DNA of 38,781 nucleotides from a virus (Duplodnaviria > Caudoviricetes), in the IMG/VR virus record IMGVR_UViG_3300031857_000518, positions 1 through 38,781 of that record. One strand, written 5' to 3'. Shown piece after piece: positions 17,749-26,419 of this stretch. The notes beneath the pieces were generated by a model, which searched no databases, had not been told where the DNA came from, and saw only the letters and a list, made by a program, of their open reading frames with translations. Position 1 is the stretch's first letter, and each line of letters begins with the position of its first letter. The position numbers and the translations under genes were made by a program.

Positions 17749-18970
17749 ATGTGGTCTGATTATAGCTCCGCTTCGGGTATGCTATTCTGTCTGGCCCAAA
17801 GAGCTTGAGAAATGGAGTGATTTTAAAGGAATGACCATAGGCGTCCTACATGGTTCTAAGAAAGAGAAAGCCTTAGAAGCAGACAAAGATCTTTACGTGA
17901 TAAATCCTGAAGGACTTCCTTGGCTTTTGAAACATCCGCTGTTTAAAAAGAAATTTAAAGATCAAGCTCTTTACGTTGACGAAAGTAGCAAGTTCAAAAA
18001 TACAACAACTCAAAGATTTAAACTGTTGCGTCCGTTCTTACCTATGTTCGGTCGCCGCTACATTCTCACAGGCTCGTTCGCTCCGAACGGTCTGCTGGAT
18101 ATTTTTGGGCAGATGTACATTCTTGATCTTGGTAATGCGCTGGGTCAGTACATCACGCACTATAGAAATAAATATTTCTACCCCTCCGGCTTTGGCGGTT
18201 ACGAGTGGAAGTTACAAGAGGGTGCCGCTAAGCGGATACAGGATAGCATTAAACCTATGACGCTACGCCTTGACGCGGAAGATTATCTGAAGCTCCCAGA
18301 CCTTATTATCAACACAATCTATGTCGATCTTGACGAACGTAGTCGCGCAATGTACGACGAAATGGAAGACGATCTTATCGCGGCACTGGATAATAAGGAC
18401 GTGACAGCAGCCACCGCTGCCGTAGCGAGTAGTAAATGTTCCCAGATTGCTAATGGAGGAATATATGACGAAGACGGTAAGTATCACTTCATCCACGACC
18501 TTAAAACGGAAGCTGTATCTGAAATCGTCAACGAGCTTAATGGCTCTCCAGCCTTGGTGGCATACGAGTATGGTCATGATCTCGATAGGCTGCGAAAAAG
18601 CTTCGGGAGTTCTACACCTTACATTGGAGGCGGTGTTACACCGAAAAGATCTTCACAATTGGAAGTTGCTTGGAATAAGGGAGAACTACCTGTCCTACTT
18701 GGCCAGCCAGCATCTATCGCACATGGGCTGAACCTACAGAATGCCGGAAATCATGTCATCTGGCATTCGTTGACTTGGAATTTTGAGTACTATGATCAAT
18801 TTAATCGCCGTATCCGGAGGCAAGGTAGTAAACATAATCAAGTGTTCGTACACCATATAATAGCTCGGGACACCGTGGATGAGCTTAAGCTACACGCATT
18901 AAATAGGAAATTCCGTACTCAAAAAGACCTATTTGACGCGCTTAACACTTTTCTTAAGAGAAAGAAATAA
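17549..18970 (+). CDS. SNF2-like superfamily 2 helicase
   Basis: PHSYQ, GLGKT, DESS, LTGS, HGLNLQ, RIRRQG. Confidence 0.93.
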   Translation: MMSKSTITLNKPSKLSNSAWKPHSYQRKAVKFMLQNSCAGLLLDPGLGKTSISIAAHKILQKEKLIRCGLIIAPLRVCYSVWPKELEKWSDFKGMTIGVLHGSKKEKALEADKDLYVINPEGLPWLLKHPLFKKKFKDQALYVDESSKFKNTTTQRFKLLRPFLPMFGRRYILTGSFAPNGLLDIFGQMYILDLGNALGQYITHYRNKYFYPSGFGGYEWKLQEGAAKRIQDSIKPMTLRLDAEDYLKLPDLIINTIYVDLDERSRAMYDEMEDDLIAALDNKDVTAATAAVASSKCSQIANGGIYDEDGKYHFIHDLKTEAVSEIVNELNGSPALVAYEYGHDLDRLRKSFGSSTPYIGGGVTPKRSSQLEVAWNKGELPVLLGQPASIAHGLNLQNAGNHVIWHSLTWNFEYYDQFNRRIRRQGSKHNQVFVHHIIARDTVDELKLHALNRKFRTQKDLFDALNTFLKRKK

Positions 18971-18986
18971 AATTATAAACAAATGT

Positions 18987-19018
18987 CTTTACTTATGTCT
19001 AGAGAAGAGGGATACATT
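18987..19018 (+). promoter_or_regulatory. Promoter P3
   Basis: CTTTACTT-N18-TACATT, same spacing as P1 (TAATAT) and P2 (TAATCT); intergenic. Confidence 0.55.
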
Positions 19019-19055
19019 ACTTGGACTATCAACAAACACTTTAAAGGAGGAACTT

Positions 19056-19457
19056 ATGTCTAAATTTGCAAAAAAACCAAAAGAGGAAGTTGCTGAAACT
19101 TCTGAGAAAAAACCAAAGACTTGGACTAACAATCCACAACTACAAGACCAAGAAACTGGCGAGACAACTCCAGCTGGTAAGGCCGTTCAAGCTAAAGCTA
19201 AGGTTCGTACCGTAGCTAAGTCGGAAGAAGAACCTGCCAAAAAAGCTCCTAAGAAAGCTGAAAAGGTAGAAAAATCTTCTGACGATCGTAAGATCACGCT
19301 GCTGACTAAAGAGAATCCGAAGCGTGAAGGTTCTGCAGCATGGACACGCTTTGAACTGTATCGTAAAGCTAAAAACGTCGAGCAGTTCTACGCTGCTGGT
19401 GGTTCAAGTGCCGACCTGCGGTATGACGAAAAAGCTGGTCATATCCAACTTTCTTAA
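19056..19457 (+). CDS. Lys/Glu/Ala-rich protein with compact C-terminal domain, possibly DNA-binding
   Basis: Strong AAGGAGG RBS; low-complexity N-half; NPKREGS...RFELY...ADLRYD..GHI domain. Confidence 0.7.
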   Translation: MSKFAKKPKEEVAETSEKKPKTWTNNPQLQDQETGETTPAGKAVQAKAKVRTVAKSEEEPAKKAPKKAEKVEKSSDDRKITLLTKENPKREGSAAWTRFELYRKAKNVEQFYAAGGSSADLRYDEKAGHIQLS

Positions 19458-19464
19458 TTAATAA

Positions 19465-19498
19465 AGTGGCTGAGGCGTAAATCTCAGCCACTACTTTT
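19465..19498 (+). terminator. Intrinsic terminator
   Basis: AGTGGCTGAG/CTCAGCCACT perfect 10-bp stem then ACTTTT. Confidence 0.75.
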
Positions 19499-19514
19499 CG
19501 TGATGAGAAATAAA

Positions 19515-20294
19515 ATGCAAATATTTATACCGACCTATGGTCGTAGCGCTCAGCAACATACTTTCAGAAATCTTCCAAAATCTTTACAAAAGAAAACAAC
19601 GCTAGTTGTACAGAAACGCGAGGCGCATCTTTACGACAACTATCCAATATTAGTGCTACCGGCAAGCATCCAAACTATATCGCCTGCGCGCCAATATATT
19701 ATGAAAGTTGCCGAGACGTTCGGCCACAAGAAAGTTGTCATGCTCGACGACGATCTTAGATTTGACTGGCGTCGAATGGACGACGGAGGGAAGTTCCTCG
19801 TTGCTACGGATAAACAAGTAGAAGATCTTTTTAAAACTATCGAGAAGAAACTTGATAAGTATGCGCATGTCGGGGTACTATCTCGTGAAGGTGGAAATCG
19901 TATTCTTACCGAGACTGTAGAATGTACGCGAATGATGCGTGTTTTAGCCTATTGTGTTGAAACTTACCACAAAGAGAAAATAAAATTTGATAGACTACCC
20001 TTACAGGAGGATTTCGATGTCACACTGCAACTGCTCAAAAAAGGCTACCCAAACCTCGTGCTGTGCGGGTGGGTTAATGGTCAAGGTTCTTCCGGTGCGA
20101 AAGGCGGCTGCTCCCATTTCAGAACCATTGAGCTTCACAACGAGAATGCGAAGAAGCTTGCTGAATTTCATGCGCCGTTTGTTAAAGTCGTAGAGAAACA
20201 AACAAAAGGAGCTTGGGGTGGAAAGGCGCGTCTGGACGTCATGGTCCAGTGGAAGAAAGCTTACGAAAGCTCAAAGAAAAATGCGCGTAAATGA
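19515..20294 (+). CDS. GT-A glycosyltransferase, GREB1/TET-associated (TAGT)-like
   Basis: IFIPTYGRS, VMLDDDL (DxD), EDFDVTLQLLKKG, GGCS..RT. Confidence 0.85.
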   Translation: MQIFIPTYGRSAQQHTFRNLPKSLQKKTTLVVQKREAHLYDNYPILVLPASIQTISPARQYIMKVAETFGHKKVVMLDDDLRFDWRRMDDGGKFLVATDKQVEDLFKTIEKKLDKYAHVGVLSREGGNRILTETVECTRMMRVLAYCVETYHKEKIKFDRLPLQEDFDVTLQLLKKGYPNLVLCGWVNGQGSSGAKGGCSHFRTIELHNENAKKLAEFHAPFVKVVEKQTKGAWGGKARLDVMVQWKKAYESSKKNARK

Positions 20295-21120
20295 ATTATT
20301 CGATTTTATCCAAAAGCGTCACGACATATATATTATGCGCGAAAAAGGGTATCTTAAACCTTGGACCTCGGATCCTATTCTACAGCAATACAGGTTCTGT
20401 AACGTCTATAGAGAGCTGGATACTCAGACAATTTGGTTCGCTAACAACTGGCGCGTACCGAACGCTGAAGATCCAGACCTTTGGTTTGCTTCCCTCGTTT
20501 TTCGCTTTGTCAATTGGTCCGAGACCGCTGCGGAGCTAGGCTATCCCGTCCCATGGGATCCGCAACGCTTTAAAGCGGTGCTACAAGGTCGTAAAAGACG
20601 TAAATTGAAGGTTTACAGCGCCGCATATATGATATCGACCCACGGAGTTAAGGAAGAAAAATCAAGTTATCTTGCGAATTCTTTGTCTAAGATTTGGCAG
20701 TTCAAAGAGCAATTTAGATTTGAGAAAAACGACACGCTTTCTACAATGCATAGAAGACTGACTGGAGCTTTTGACGTTGGTTCGTTCCTTGCCGGTCAGG
20801 TTATCGCGGACGCTAAATATGCTGGTGATATACTGAAAGCTTCTGACTGGTGGACTTTTGCAGCTTCCGGACCAGGAAGTCGTCGAGGGTTGAACAGGGT
20901 GTGTAACGCACCTATAAACATACCTTGGAAAGAAGATGTTTGGTACGATACCCTGAGAACGCTAAAGAATCGCATAGATCCTATGTTCAAAAAAGCTAGA
21001 ATGCCTCAGCTTCATGCTCAAGATTTACAGAACTGCCTTTGCGAGTTTGATAAATACGAACGTGTAAGATTGGGTGAAGGTCGCCCGAAAGCAAAATATA
21101 ATGGAGTATCCTATGAATGA
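20281..21120 (+). CDS. 5-hmdU DNA kinase (aGPT-PPlase1 family)
   Basis: PWTSDPILQQYRFCNVYRELD, FLAGQVIAD, GPGSRRGL, QNCLCEFDKY. Confidence 0.9.
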   Translation: MRVNELFDFIQKRHDIYIMREKGYLKPWTSDPILQQYRFCNVYRELDTQTIWFANNWRVPNAEDPDLWFASLVFRFVNWSETAAELGYPVPWDPQRFKAVLQGRKRRKLKVYSAAYMISTHGVKEEKSSYLANSLSKIWQFKEQFRFEKNDTLSTMHRRLTGAFDVGSFLAGQVIADAKYAGDILKASDWWTFAASGPGSRRGLNRVCNAPINIPWKEDVWYDTLRTLKNRIDPMFKKARMPQLHAQDLQNCLCEFDKYERVRLGEGRPKAKYNGVSYE

Positions 21121-22147
21121 AATTAATGCCTGTAACGTAAACGACGCTGTCAACCTAGGCTTGAGCTACCTACTCGAACATGGTATCGAGGAAGATAGTC
21201 GCAACGGAAAAGTTCTCGTAGCTCCTGGACCTGTGATGACAATTTACAGCAACCCTAAAGAGCATGTTCTTTTCAGTCCGACCCGTGACGCTAATCCATT
21301 TTTCCACTTGATGGAAGCTCTTTGGATGCTCAACGGCGATAACGATCTAGCGTTCCCCATGATGTTCAACAAGCGATTTAAGGAGTACAGCGATGACGGT
21401 AGTCGTATATGGGGAGCTTACGGCTGGCGCTGGCGTAAGTTCTTTGGATCTGACCAAATTTCAAGGATCTGTGCCGAACTTTCTGACAATAAAAAGAGTC
21501 GCCGTTGTGTCCTCTCTATGTGGAACGGTATGCCGAATGACCATGACATGTGGGAAGGTCAAGACGATCTCTTTGTCGCCACAAATGGTGGACGGGACGT
21601 ACCGTGTAACACCCACGCATACTTCGACGTTCGTGGTGGCTTTCTCAACATGACCGTCTGCAACCGCTCCAACGACGCTATCTGGGGAGCTTACGGCGCG
21701 AACGCTGTTCATTTCTCAATCCTACAAGAATATATGGCCGAGAAAATTGGCGTTACAGTTGGCCTTTACAGACAGTTCAGCAATAACTTCCACGCTTATC
21801 TTGACGTGTATAGTCGCGAAAAGCTTGCCAAGATAGCTGCCGAGGGTCATAGATACGATCATTATTCCAAAGTTTTCGACACTGTACCGACGATACCGCT
21901 TGGTGCGAACAATATGTATTGGGATTCGGATCTTAGATCTTTTATCGCCGATCGTAAAGTTCAGTGGGAAAGTAAGAATTTCTTTTCTCAGGTCGCTGGG
22001 CCAATGTACGACGCTTGGCAGGAACATAAGGCTGGAGGTACTGAGAACGCTCTGATTCACATACGCTCAATGCCATTCTGCGACTGGCGCATCGCCTGTG
22101 AAGCTTGGTTACTTCGCCGTAGTAAAGGAGCTGACAATGCAGCGTAG
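21113..22147 (+). CDS. Thymidylate-synthase homologue, probable dUMP hydroxymethylase
   Basis: SRNG, RDANPFFHLMEALW, AYGWRWR, catalytic PCN, NRSND..WG...NAVHF (Asn is the dU-specific residue); adjacent to the hmdU kinase. Confidence 0.87.
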   Translation: MNEINACNVNDAVNLGLSYLLEHGIEEDSRNGKVLVAPGPVMTIYSNPKEHVLFSPTRDANPFFHLMEALWMLNGDNDLAFPMMFNKRFKEYSDDGSRIWGAYGWRWRKFFGSDQISRICAELSDNKKSRRCVLSMWNGMPNDHDMWEGQDDLFVATNGGRDVPCNTHAYFDVRGGFLNMTVCNRSNDAIWGAYGANAVHFSILQEYMAEKIGVTVGLYRQFSNNFHAYLDVYSREKLAKIAAEGHRYDHYSKVFDTVPTIPLGANNMYWDSDLRSFIADRKVQWESKNFFSQVAGPMYDAWQEHKAGGTENALIHIRSMPFCDWRIACEAWLLRRSKGADNAA

Positions 22148-22661
22148 TTTCATATTCGACGGTGGTTATAGTACACGGTTCCACACCGTGGACGTCCATA
22201 ATCGGCAGGACATAGCTTCGCATAGTTTTGGCGTGGCGTGGTACTGCGAAGGTCTCTCTGGTGGCGAGGCCTCTAAGGATTTGATTATGGCCGCACTCTC
22301 GCACGACCTTGCAGAACATATTGTGGGGGATGTACCCTCGCCAGCGAAGCGATCGTTGGGTCTAAGTAAACAATTTCAAACGCTCGAGGATAAATATTTG
22401 GCTGAGAACGGATTGATGAAATATTTTGATAATCTATCTGAGAACGATAATAGGATCCTTAAATACGCCGATATGCTAGAAGGTATGACTTTCTGTCTTC
22501 GGGAGCGACGCCTTGGAAATAAAAACGTGGAAGTTGTTTATCAACGCTTTAGTTCTTACATCCTAGAACTTATGAGAGATCCTCAGTGTACCATAACCAT
22601 GAGCAATCTTGTGATCATACTAGAAAATCTTAATGAACAATGGAAGCAAGCCACAGAATGA
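22137..22661 (+). CDS. HD-domain nucleotide phosphohydrolase (YfbR-like)
   Basis: RFHT...QDIASHS...HDLAEHIVGDVPSPAK...KYAD. Confidence 0.88.
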   Translation: MQRSFIFDGGYSTRFHTVDVHNRQDIASHSFGVAWYCEGLSGGEASKDLIMAALSHDLAEHIVGDVPSPAKRSLGLSKQFQTLEDKYLAENGLMKYFDNLSENDNRILKYADMLEGMTFCLRERRLGNKNVEVVYQRFSSYILELMRDPQCTITMSNLVIILENLNEQWKQATE

Positions 22662-23017
22662 ACGCAAACGAAAAGCAAGTTGCCGGCACACATTACAAAG
22701 GGGAATATCAACACTGGGATTTTGTTGTAGATACGGAGATGCCCTACCTTTTGGGTTGTGCCACCAAGTATCTGACCCGTTGGAAGAAAAAGAACGGCAT
22801 AGAAGACCTTAAGAAGTGCATTCACTACATAGAGAAGGCAAAGGAAACAGAAACTTACCTCCTCCTGACACCCGAAGTCTTTAGAGCCATAGATCGGTTT
22901 ACATCGACCACTTTCACGCCCGAACAGTGGGAGGTTAAAAGCTTCAACGATATCTGCACAGGAAGATATCAGAATGCGATTAACGATATAGTTCAGATCA
23001 TAGAGGAACGTCCTTAA
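22658..23017 (+). CDS. DUF3310 domain protein
   Basis: QVAGTHYK, KYLTRWKKKNGIEDLKKCIHYI. Confidence 0.85.
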   Translation: MNANEKQVAGTHYKGEYQHWDFVVDTEMPYLLGCATKYLTRWKKKNGIEDLKKCIHYIEKAKETETYLLLTPEVFRAIDRFTSTTFTPEQWEVKSFNDICTGRYQNAINDIVQIIEERP

Positions 23018-23021
23018 ACGC

Positions 23022-23055
23022 AAAAACGCCGCCGATACGGAACACGGCAGCGTTT
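23022..23055 (-). terminator. Terminator at the convergence of the two arms
   Basis: Minus strand AAACGCTGCCG/CGGCGGCGTTT stem (one G-U) followed by T-rich sequence; may be bidirectional. Confidence 0.7.
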
Positions 23056-23075
23056 AAGCTTCTCAGGAGGAAGGT

Positions 23076-23225
23076 CTATTTGCTAAGAGCGTCATTATTT
23101 GTCACGATCTGCTGCATCGTGCCTTTTGTGACTTTATCTTTCACTGATGGGTAGATCAGATTTCCGACATTTTTGCACGTCATCCCGCATCCACTTACAA
23201 TAAGCATCACGGAGAGCAACGTCAT
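23076..23225 (-). CDS. Rz1-like outer-membrane lipoprotein spanin
   Basis: MTLLSVMLIVSG-C lipobox; overlaps the 3' half of the Rz-like gene in another frame. Confidence 0.7.
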   Translation of the reverse strand: MTLLSVMLIVSGCGMTCKNVGNLIYPSVKDKVTKGTMQQIVTNNDALSK

Positions 23226-23394
23226 CCAGCGACATAACTTTCCGCTGTATCTTTTCACGTTTATCATTGGCCTGAACAATCTCCTTTTGTTGCCGTAAGT
23301 TACACTCGGCAAGACCAGCCTTTAAATAAAAAGCGTAGCAGCCTAGAGCTAAGAACCCTAGGACTGCTACGAGGCTCAGTTTACTGGGAAACAA
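23134..23394 (-). CDS. Rz-like inner-membrane spanin
   Basis: N-terminal TM helix plus helical periplasmic part; last genes of the lysis cassette. Confidence 0.65.
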   Translation of the reverse strand: MFPSKLSLVAVLGFLALGCYAFYLKAGLAECNLRQQKEIVQANDKREKIQRKVMSLDDVALRDAYCKWMRDDVQKCRKSDLPISER

Positions 23395-23548
23395 TTGGCT
23401 GTCCCTCTAGTAATTTAACGCAGGCAGCTTTAGCAGCGTCGTTGCTGAGGGCGATCTTTATGGCGTCCATAACCGGAACTCCGGCAAAGTATGCACCAAC
23501 AGCTACTCCTGCGGCAACAACAAGCGATACGATTTTAATTTTTGTCAT
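23381..23548 (-). CDS. 55-aa membrane protein in lysis cassette (not in ORF track)
   Basis: AAGGAG RBS; MTKIKIVSLVVAAGVAVGAYFAG... Confidence 0.65.
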   Translation of the reverse strand: MTKIKIVSLVVAAGVAVGAYFAGVPVMDAIKIALSNDAAKAACVKLLEGQPIVSQ

Positions 23549-23560
23549 TATGTGGTCTCC

Positions 23561-23701
23561 TTAACGATTTACTTTATAGATGGCTTGACCTTGTTTCAGC
23601 TTTTGAAAGTCTACAGGCTTAGTGTTATTTAATGGGGCTGCGCCTGAAGCGAACATAGTCAAGATTGCAATGATAGCAATAGCTCCTGGAAATGGTACCA
23701 T
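23561..23701 (-). CDS. 46-aa membrane or secreted peptide in lysis cassette (not in ORF track)
   Basis: AGGAGG RBS; MVPFPGAIAIIAILTMFASGAAP... Confidence 0.6.
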   Translation of the reverse strand: MVPFPGAIAIIAILTMFASGAAPLNNTKPVDFQKLKQGQAIYKVNR

Positions 23702-23713
23702 GATTAGTTCCTC

Positions 23714-24145
23714 CTATGAGATTTTGTCTTCAGATTTAGGGATACCACGAACTTGAAGACTTGCGTTCGATGGCATATGTAGTCTAAGCCAAGCAAGAGC
23801 ATCTTGAGAAGAACCCACCCCGTCTTTGCGGCGAAACAACCCAACAAGGATGCAGCCACGAGTATCTTTAATTGTATTTCCAGCATGAATAAGTATGGCA
23901 GTTCTATTTGGTACGTTACACACTTCCCACACATCTTTAAAATGAGTGCCGTCGTGTTCTTTTAGTTTGTAAGTCCCTGTTGGAATGCAGGATATTTCTC
24001 TCTGATTGTCTTTCCAAGGTTCTTCAAGAGTGAAAACACCAGTTGGAGTTTCATCGTCAAAAAGCAAAACACCGTGAGTCCCGAATAAATCTTCAAACTC
24101 ACGCTTCAGAATCATCTTTTGTTTCCTTTCTTTTTCTGTAGTCAT
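23714..24145 (-). CDS. DUF5675-family protein, putative endolysin
   Basis: TLEEPW.DN...SCIPTGTY, VPNRTAILIHAGN...DTRGCILVG; between holin and spanins. Start 24145 or 24115. Confidence 0.8.
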   Translation of the reverse strand: MTTEKERKQKMILKREFEDLFGTHGVLLFDDETPTGVFTLEEPWKDNQREISCIPTGTYKLKEHDGTHFKDVWEVCNVPNRTAILIHAGNTIKDTRGCILVGLFRRKDGVGSSQDALAWLRLHMPSNASLQVRGIPKSEDKIS

Positions 24146-24302
24146 ACTGCAAGCGCCAGCAAACCAAGATAAAGCCGCCAAGAGCCGTGAGAAATGTAAG
24201 AACATCTGTTCCAAACTTTAATAGCATGGGTAAGCTCATGCCAGTTGCGCCAATAGTATAAGTTAAAGCTCCTTCTAGTTTATCAATCTTGTTATTTATC
24301 AT
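24099..24302 (-). CDS. Putative holin
   Basis: 67 aa, hydrophobic segments, basic C-terminus, overlaps the endolysin start. Confidence 0.6.
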   Translation of the reverse strand: MINNKIDKLEGALTYTIGATGMSLPMLLKFGTDVLTFLTALGGFILVCWRLQYDYRKRKETKDDSEA

Positions 24303-24445
24303 TCTTCCTCCTCTGGTAGATCTCTCAGCTCTTCTTCAATTTCAATTCCGTTGGTATCGTTAAAGTAATCTTGTGCAGCTTGCTGAGTACGAAACTCTGC
24401 GTAGCCGTTATCTGTGATAACTCGGTAAACGGTAATTACTGGCAT
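24299..24445 (-). CDS. 48-aa acidic protein after tail fibre (possible chaperone; not in ORF track)
   Basis: MPVITVYRVITDNGYAEF...EEEE; ATGA overlap with the holin. Confidence 0.55.
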   Translation of the reverse strand: MPVITVYRVITDNGYAEFRTQQAAQDYFNDTNGIEIEEELRDLPEEEE

Positions 24446-24455
24446 TTTAATCTTC

Positions 24456-25982
24456 CTATCTTTGATATTGGTAGTATAAGTTATCTACTCGAAGTGATCT
24501 TGCAGTAGTCCCTACTGTTTTTTCAATTTGTAGTACACATCGAGGGTGTATTGTGAGTGAAGATGCAATGTTCGTAGTAATAGTACCAACTAAGACATCA
24601 TCTATAAAGAACGTGACTGCTGTTTTTGCACGGTTAATTTCAATTCTCAATCTTTGCTGAACACCAGCCACAGGTGGGACTGTTGTATTGACTACAGTTT
24701 CAGTTCCAGCATTGTCAGAGACGCAAACCCAGTTTCCACTATTAATATCATCTTTATACGCAAACCCCAAGAAGCCGTTATCAGTTCTTGTAGTGTAACC
24801 AGTGTTAAGATACATAGTTAACCAAAAACGATTTGTACCATCTGACAAGGTTGGGATGTCAATAGTCGCTTCATGCCTCCTAAATTTATTTGAAGTTGTT
24901 AGATCATAGCAAGGCTCTACACTAAAAGCATTGATATATGCCCAGCCCGTAGCTGTTGTCCCAGTCTGTAAATTTACGATTCCTCGGTGTGGATCTGCTG
25001 CAGCAGTAGAAAGTGCAAGACCAGCACCGCTACCGGTGACTCCAGCTGAAACTTCATTAGTGGTATCATAGCGTCTAAATTGGTTCCAATATTCAGTAAA
25101 GTTAGATCTGGATATTTCAGGACTAATTGGACGCCAAATTGTCCATTTTGTGCCATCGTAAGTTCGTTGCCAAACGTCACCAGAAGCAGTTTCAGTCCAT
25201 TCTTGAATACGCGTTGCTAATGCTGTTGCAGCATAAATCCTTAAAATGCCCACAGTAGCTGAGTCATAAAGGGGGGCATTTATATAAGTAGTACCAGCTG
25301 TGATATAAGACCCAGTCGTCGTTAAAGTGTTCCAATCATCTGTAGCCCCAATCGTGGACGTAGCTGTAAAGCTGCTTGAAGTTGCACCAAGAAGAATAAA
25401 GCTTGTACCGTTATAGAACATAAACACTGGTACGTTTGCGGTAAGGTCTCCAGCAGCAATATTCACAAAAGTACCGTTACTATTTTTTGTGATGTTTTTA
25501 GTCGCCAAGCCACTGATCGCCAAGGTCGAGGCACCAGTATTTGAGTTCTGCGGAACAAGCGTGACAAGTTGGCCAAGAGCATAGGCGGTTATTGCGGGGT
25601 CTGGGGCAATAACATAAGCGTTTACACTGCCAGTGTCTGCGGCAAAGTTGATCAGACGCTCTGCGTTGGATCCCGTGGACACTTGAATGTTATCGTAATT
25701 CCAAACGGCTCCGCTATTGGCATCCGCAGCGGCTTGGGTAGGGTACAGCGCCAACTTACACTTCTTTTCAACGTGTGGAATAATTACCGAACCACCAGAA
25801 GACACGTAACCAGCGGCATTTAGAACAAAGCTCGTGGCCGTTGTAGCTCCGGTAAAATCCGTTGCCATTGGGATAACAGTGTTTGTTTGAGCGTCATAAG
25901 CCTTAAGTACAGCTCCCGAATAAGGGAGACCGCTAGAGTTTACGTATTGCCGAGGCATATATTCTAATGGGAACCAAGTCAT
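24456..25982 (-). CDS. Tail fibre/spike (receptor-binding protein)
   Basis: P22-like attachment N-terminus (QYVNSSGLPYSG); DTGSVNAY module; knob motif DWNTLTTTGSY...QEWT...WQRT...WTIW; beta-rich C-terminus. Confidence 0.85.
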   Translation of the reverse strand: MTWFPLEYMPRQYVNSSGLPYSGAVLKAYDAQTNTVIPMATDFTGATTATSFVLNAAGYVSSGGSVIIPHVEKKCKLALYPTQAAADANSGAVWNYDNIQVSTGSNAERLINFAADTGSVNAYVIAPDPAITAYALGQLVTLVPQNSNTGASTLAISGLATKNITKNSNGTFVNIAAGDLTANVPVFMFYNGTSFILLGATSSSFTATSTIGATDDWNTLTTTGSYITAGTTYINAPLYDSATVGILRIYAATALATRIQEWTETASGDVWQRTYDGTKWTIWRPISPEISRSNFTEYWNQFRRYDTTNEVSAGVTGSGAGLALSTAAADPHRGIVNLQTGTTATGWAYINAFSVEPCYDLTTSNKFRRHEATIDIPTLSDGTNRFWLTMYLNTGYTTRTDNGFLGFAYKDDINSGNWVCVSDNAGTETVVNTTVPPVAGVQQRLRIEINRAKTAVTFFIDDVLVGTITTNIASSLTIHPRCVLQIEKTVGTTARSLRVDNLYYQYQR

Positions 25983-26419
25983 TTATTTTTCTCCTTGATA
26001 ATTTTTAGCTGTTCTTTACGCAAATTTACGAGAGAGTCGTCACCTTTACCCTCAACGACATTTCTATAGACAAGCCCATCGTACCCATTTTTCTCAAGGG
26101 CATCTCTCAATAACTCAAAGCCTGCACTATTACTCCGCATCCCTTTTACGATATTCTCATATTGTTCGTTCGTAATACCTTTGGCTCTTCGAGCTGCAGC
26201 AGCAAGTTCAATGGCACCTTCCAATCCCCCGTCATCTTCAATTCGTAGCGGATTTTTAATGTTATACTCGATCGTGTACAATTGACCTTTACCATCCTTA
26301 TATTTCGCACCCAAGCGTTCAGACGCTGACTTTTTAGTCCCGATATGTGTGAAAGACTTAAATTCACCTATATCTTTCGCCCCGCCATGGTAAGCAAGAA
26401 GCTGATCACCTATCGTGGC
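25979..26419 (-). CDS. ADP-ribosyltransferase-like (ART-PolyVal-type) domain, predicted -1 frameshift extension of the ejection protein
   Basis: Frame is open upstream of the track's TTG 26314: ATIGDQLLAYHGG..F..THIGT..SA..R...LY..E..IKNPL...GYDGLVYRN..EG..DS; no ATG/GTG/TTG before YHG; stop overlaps the tail-fibre ATG. Confidence 0.72.
   Translation of the reverse strand, partial: ATIGDQLLAYHGGAKDIGEFKSFTHIGTKKSASERLGAKYKDGKGQLYTIEYNIKNPLRIEDDGGLEGAIELAAAARRAKGITNEQYENIVKGMRSNSAGFELLRDALEKNGYDGLVYRNVVEGKGDDSLVNLRKEQLKIIKEKNK

Noticed and set aside
21113-22147. Ordinary ThyA or a dCMP hydroxymethylase
   Set aside because: The specificity residue is Asn (dU type), and the divergent motifs plus the adjacent hmdU DNA kinase favour dUMP hydroxymethylase. 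Not biochemically proven.
25979-26314. Stand-alone 111-aa gene starting at TTG 26314
   Set aside because: It would omit the YHG and THIGT motifs encoded in-frame upstream, and it has no clear RBS.
26146-26412. TAG read-through or stop-codon reassignment joining the ejection protein to downstream sequence
   Set aside because: In the same frame another TAG follows after 13 codons, and the ART motifs are in the -1 frame. Other genes end normally at TAG.
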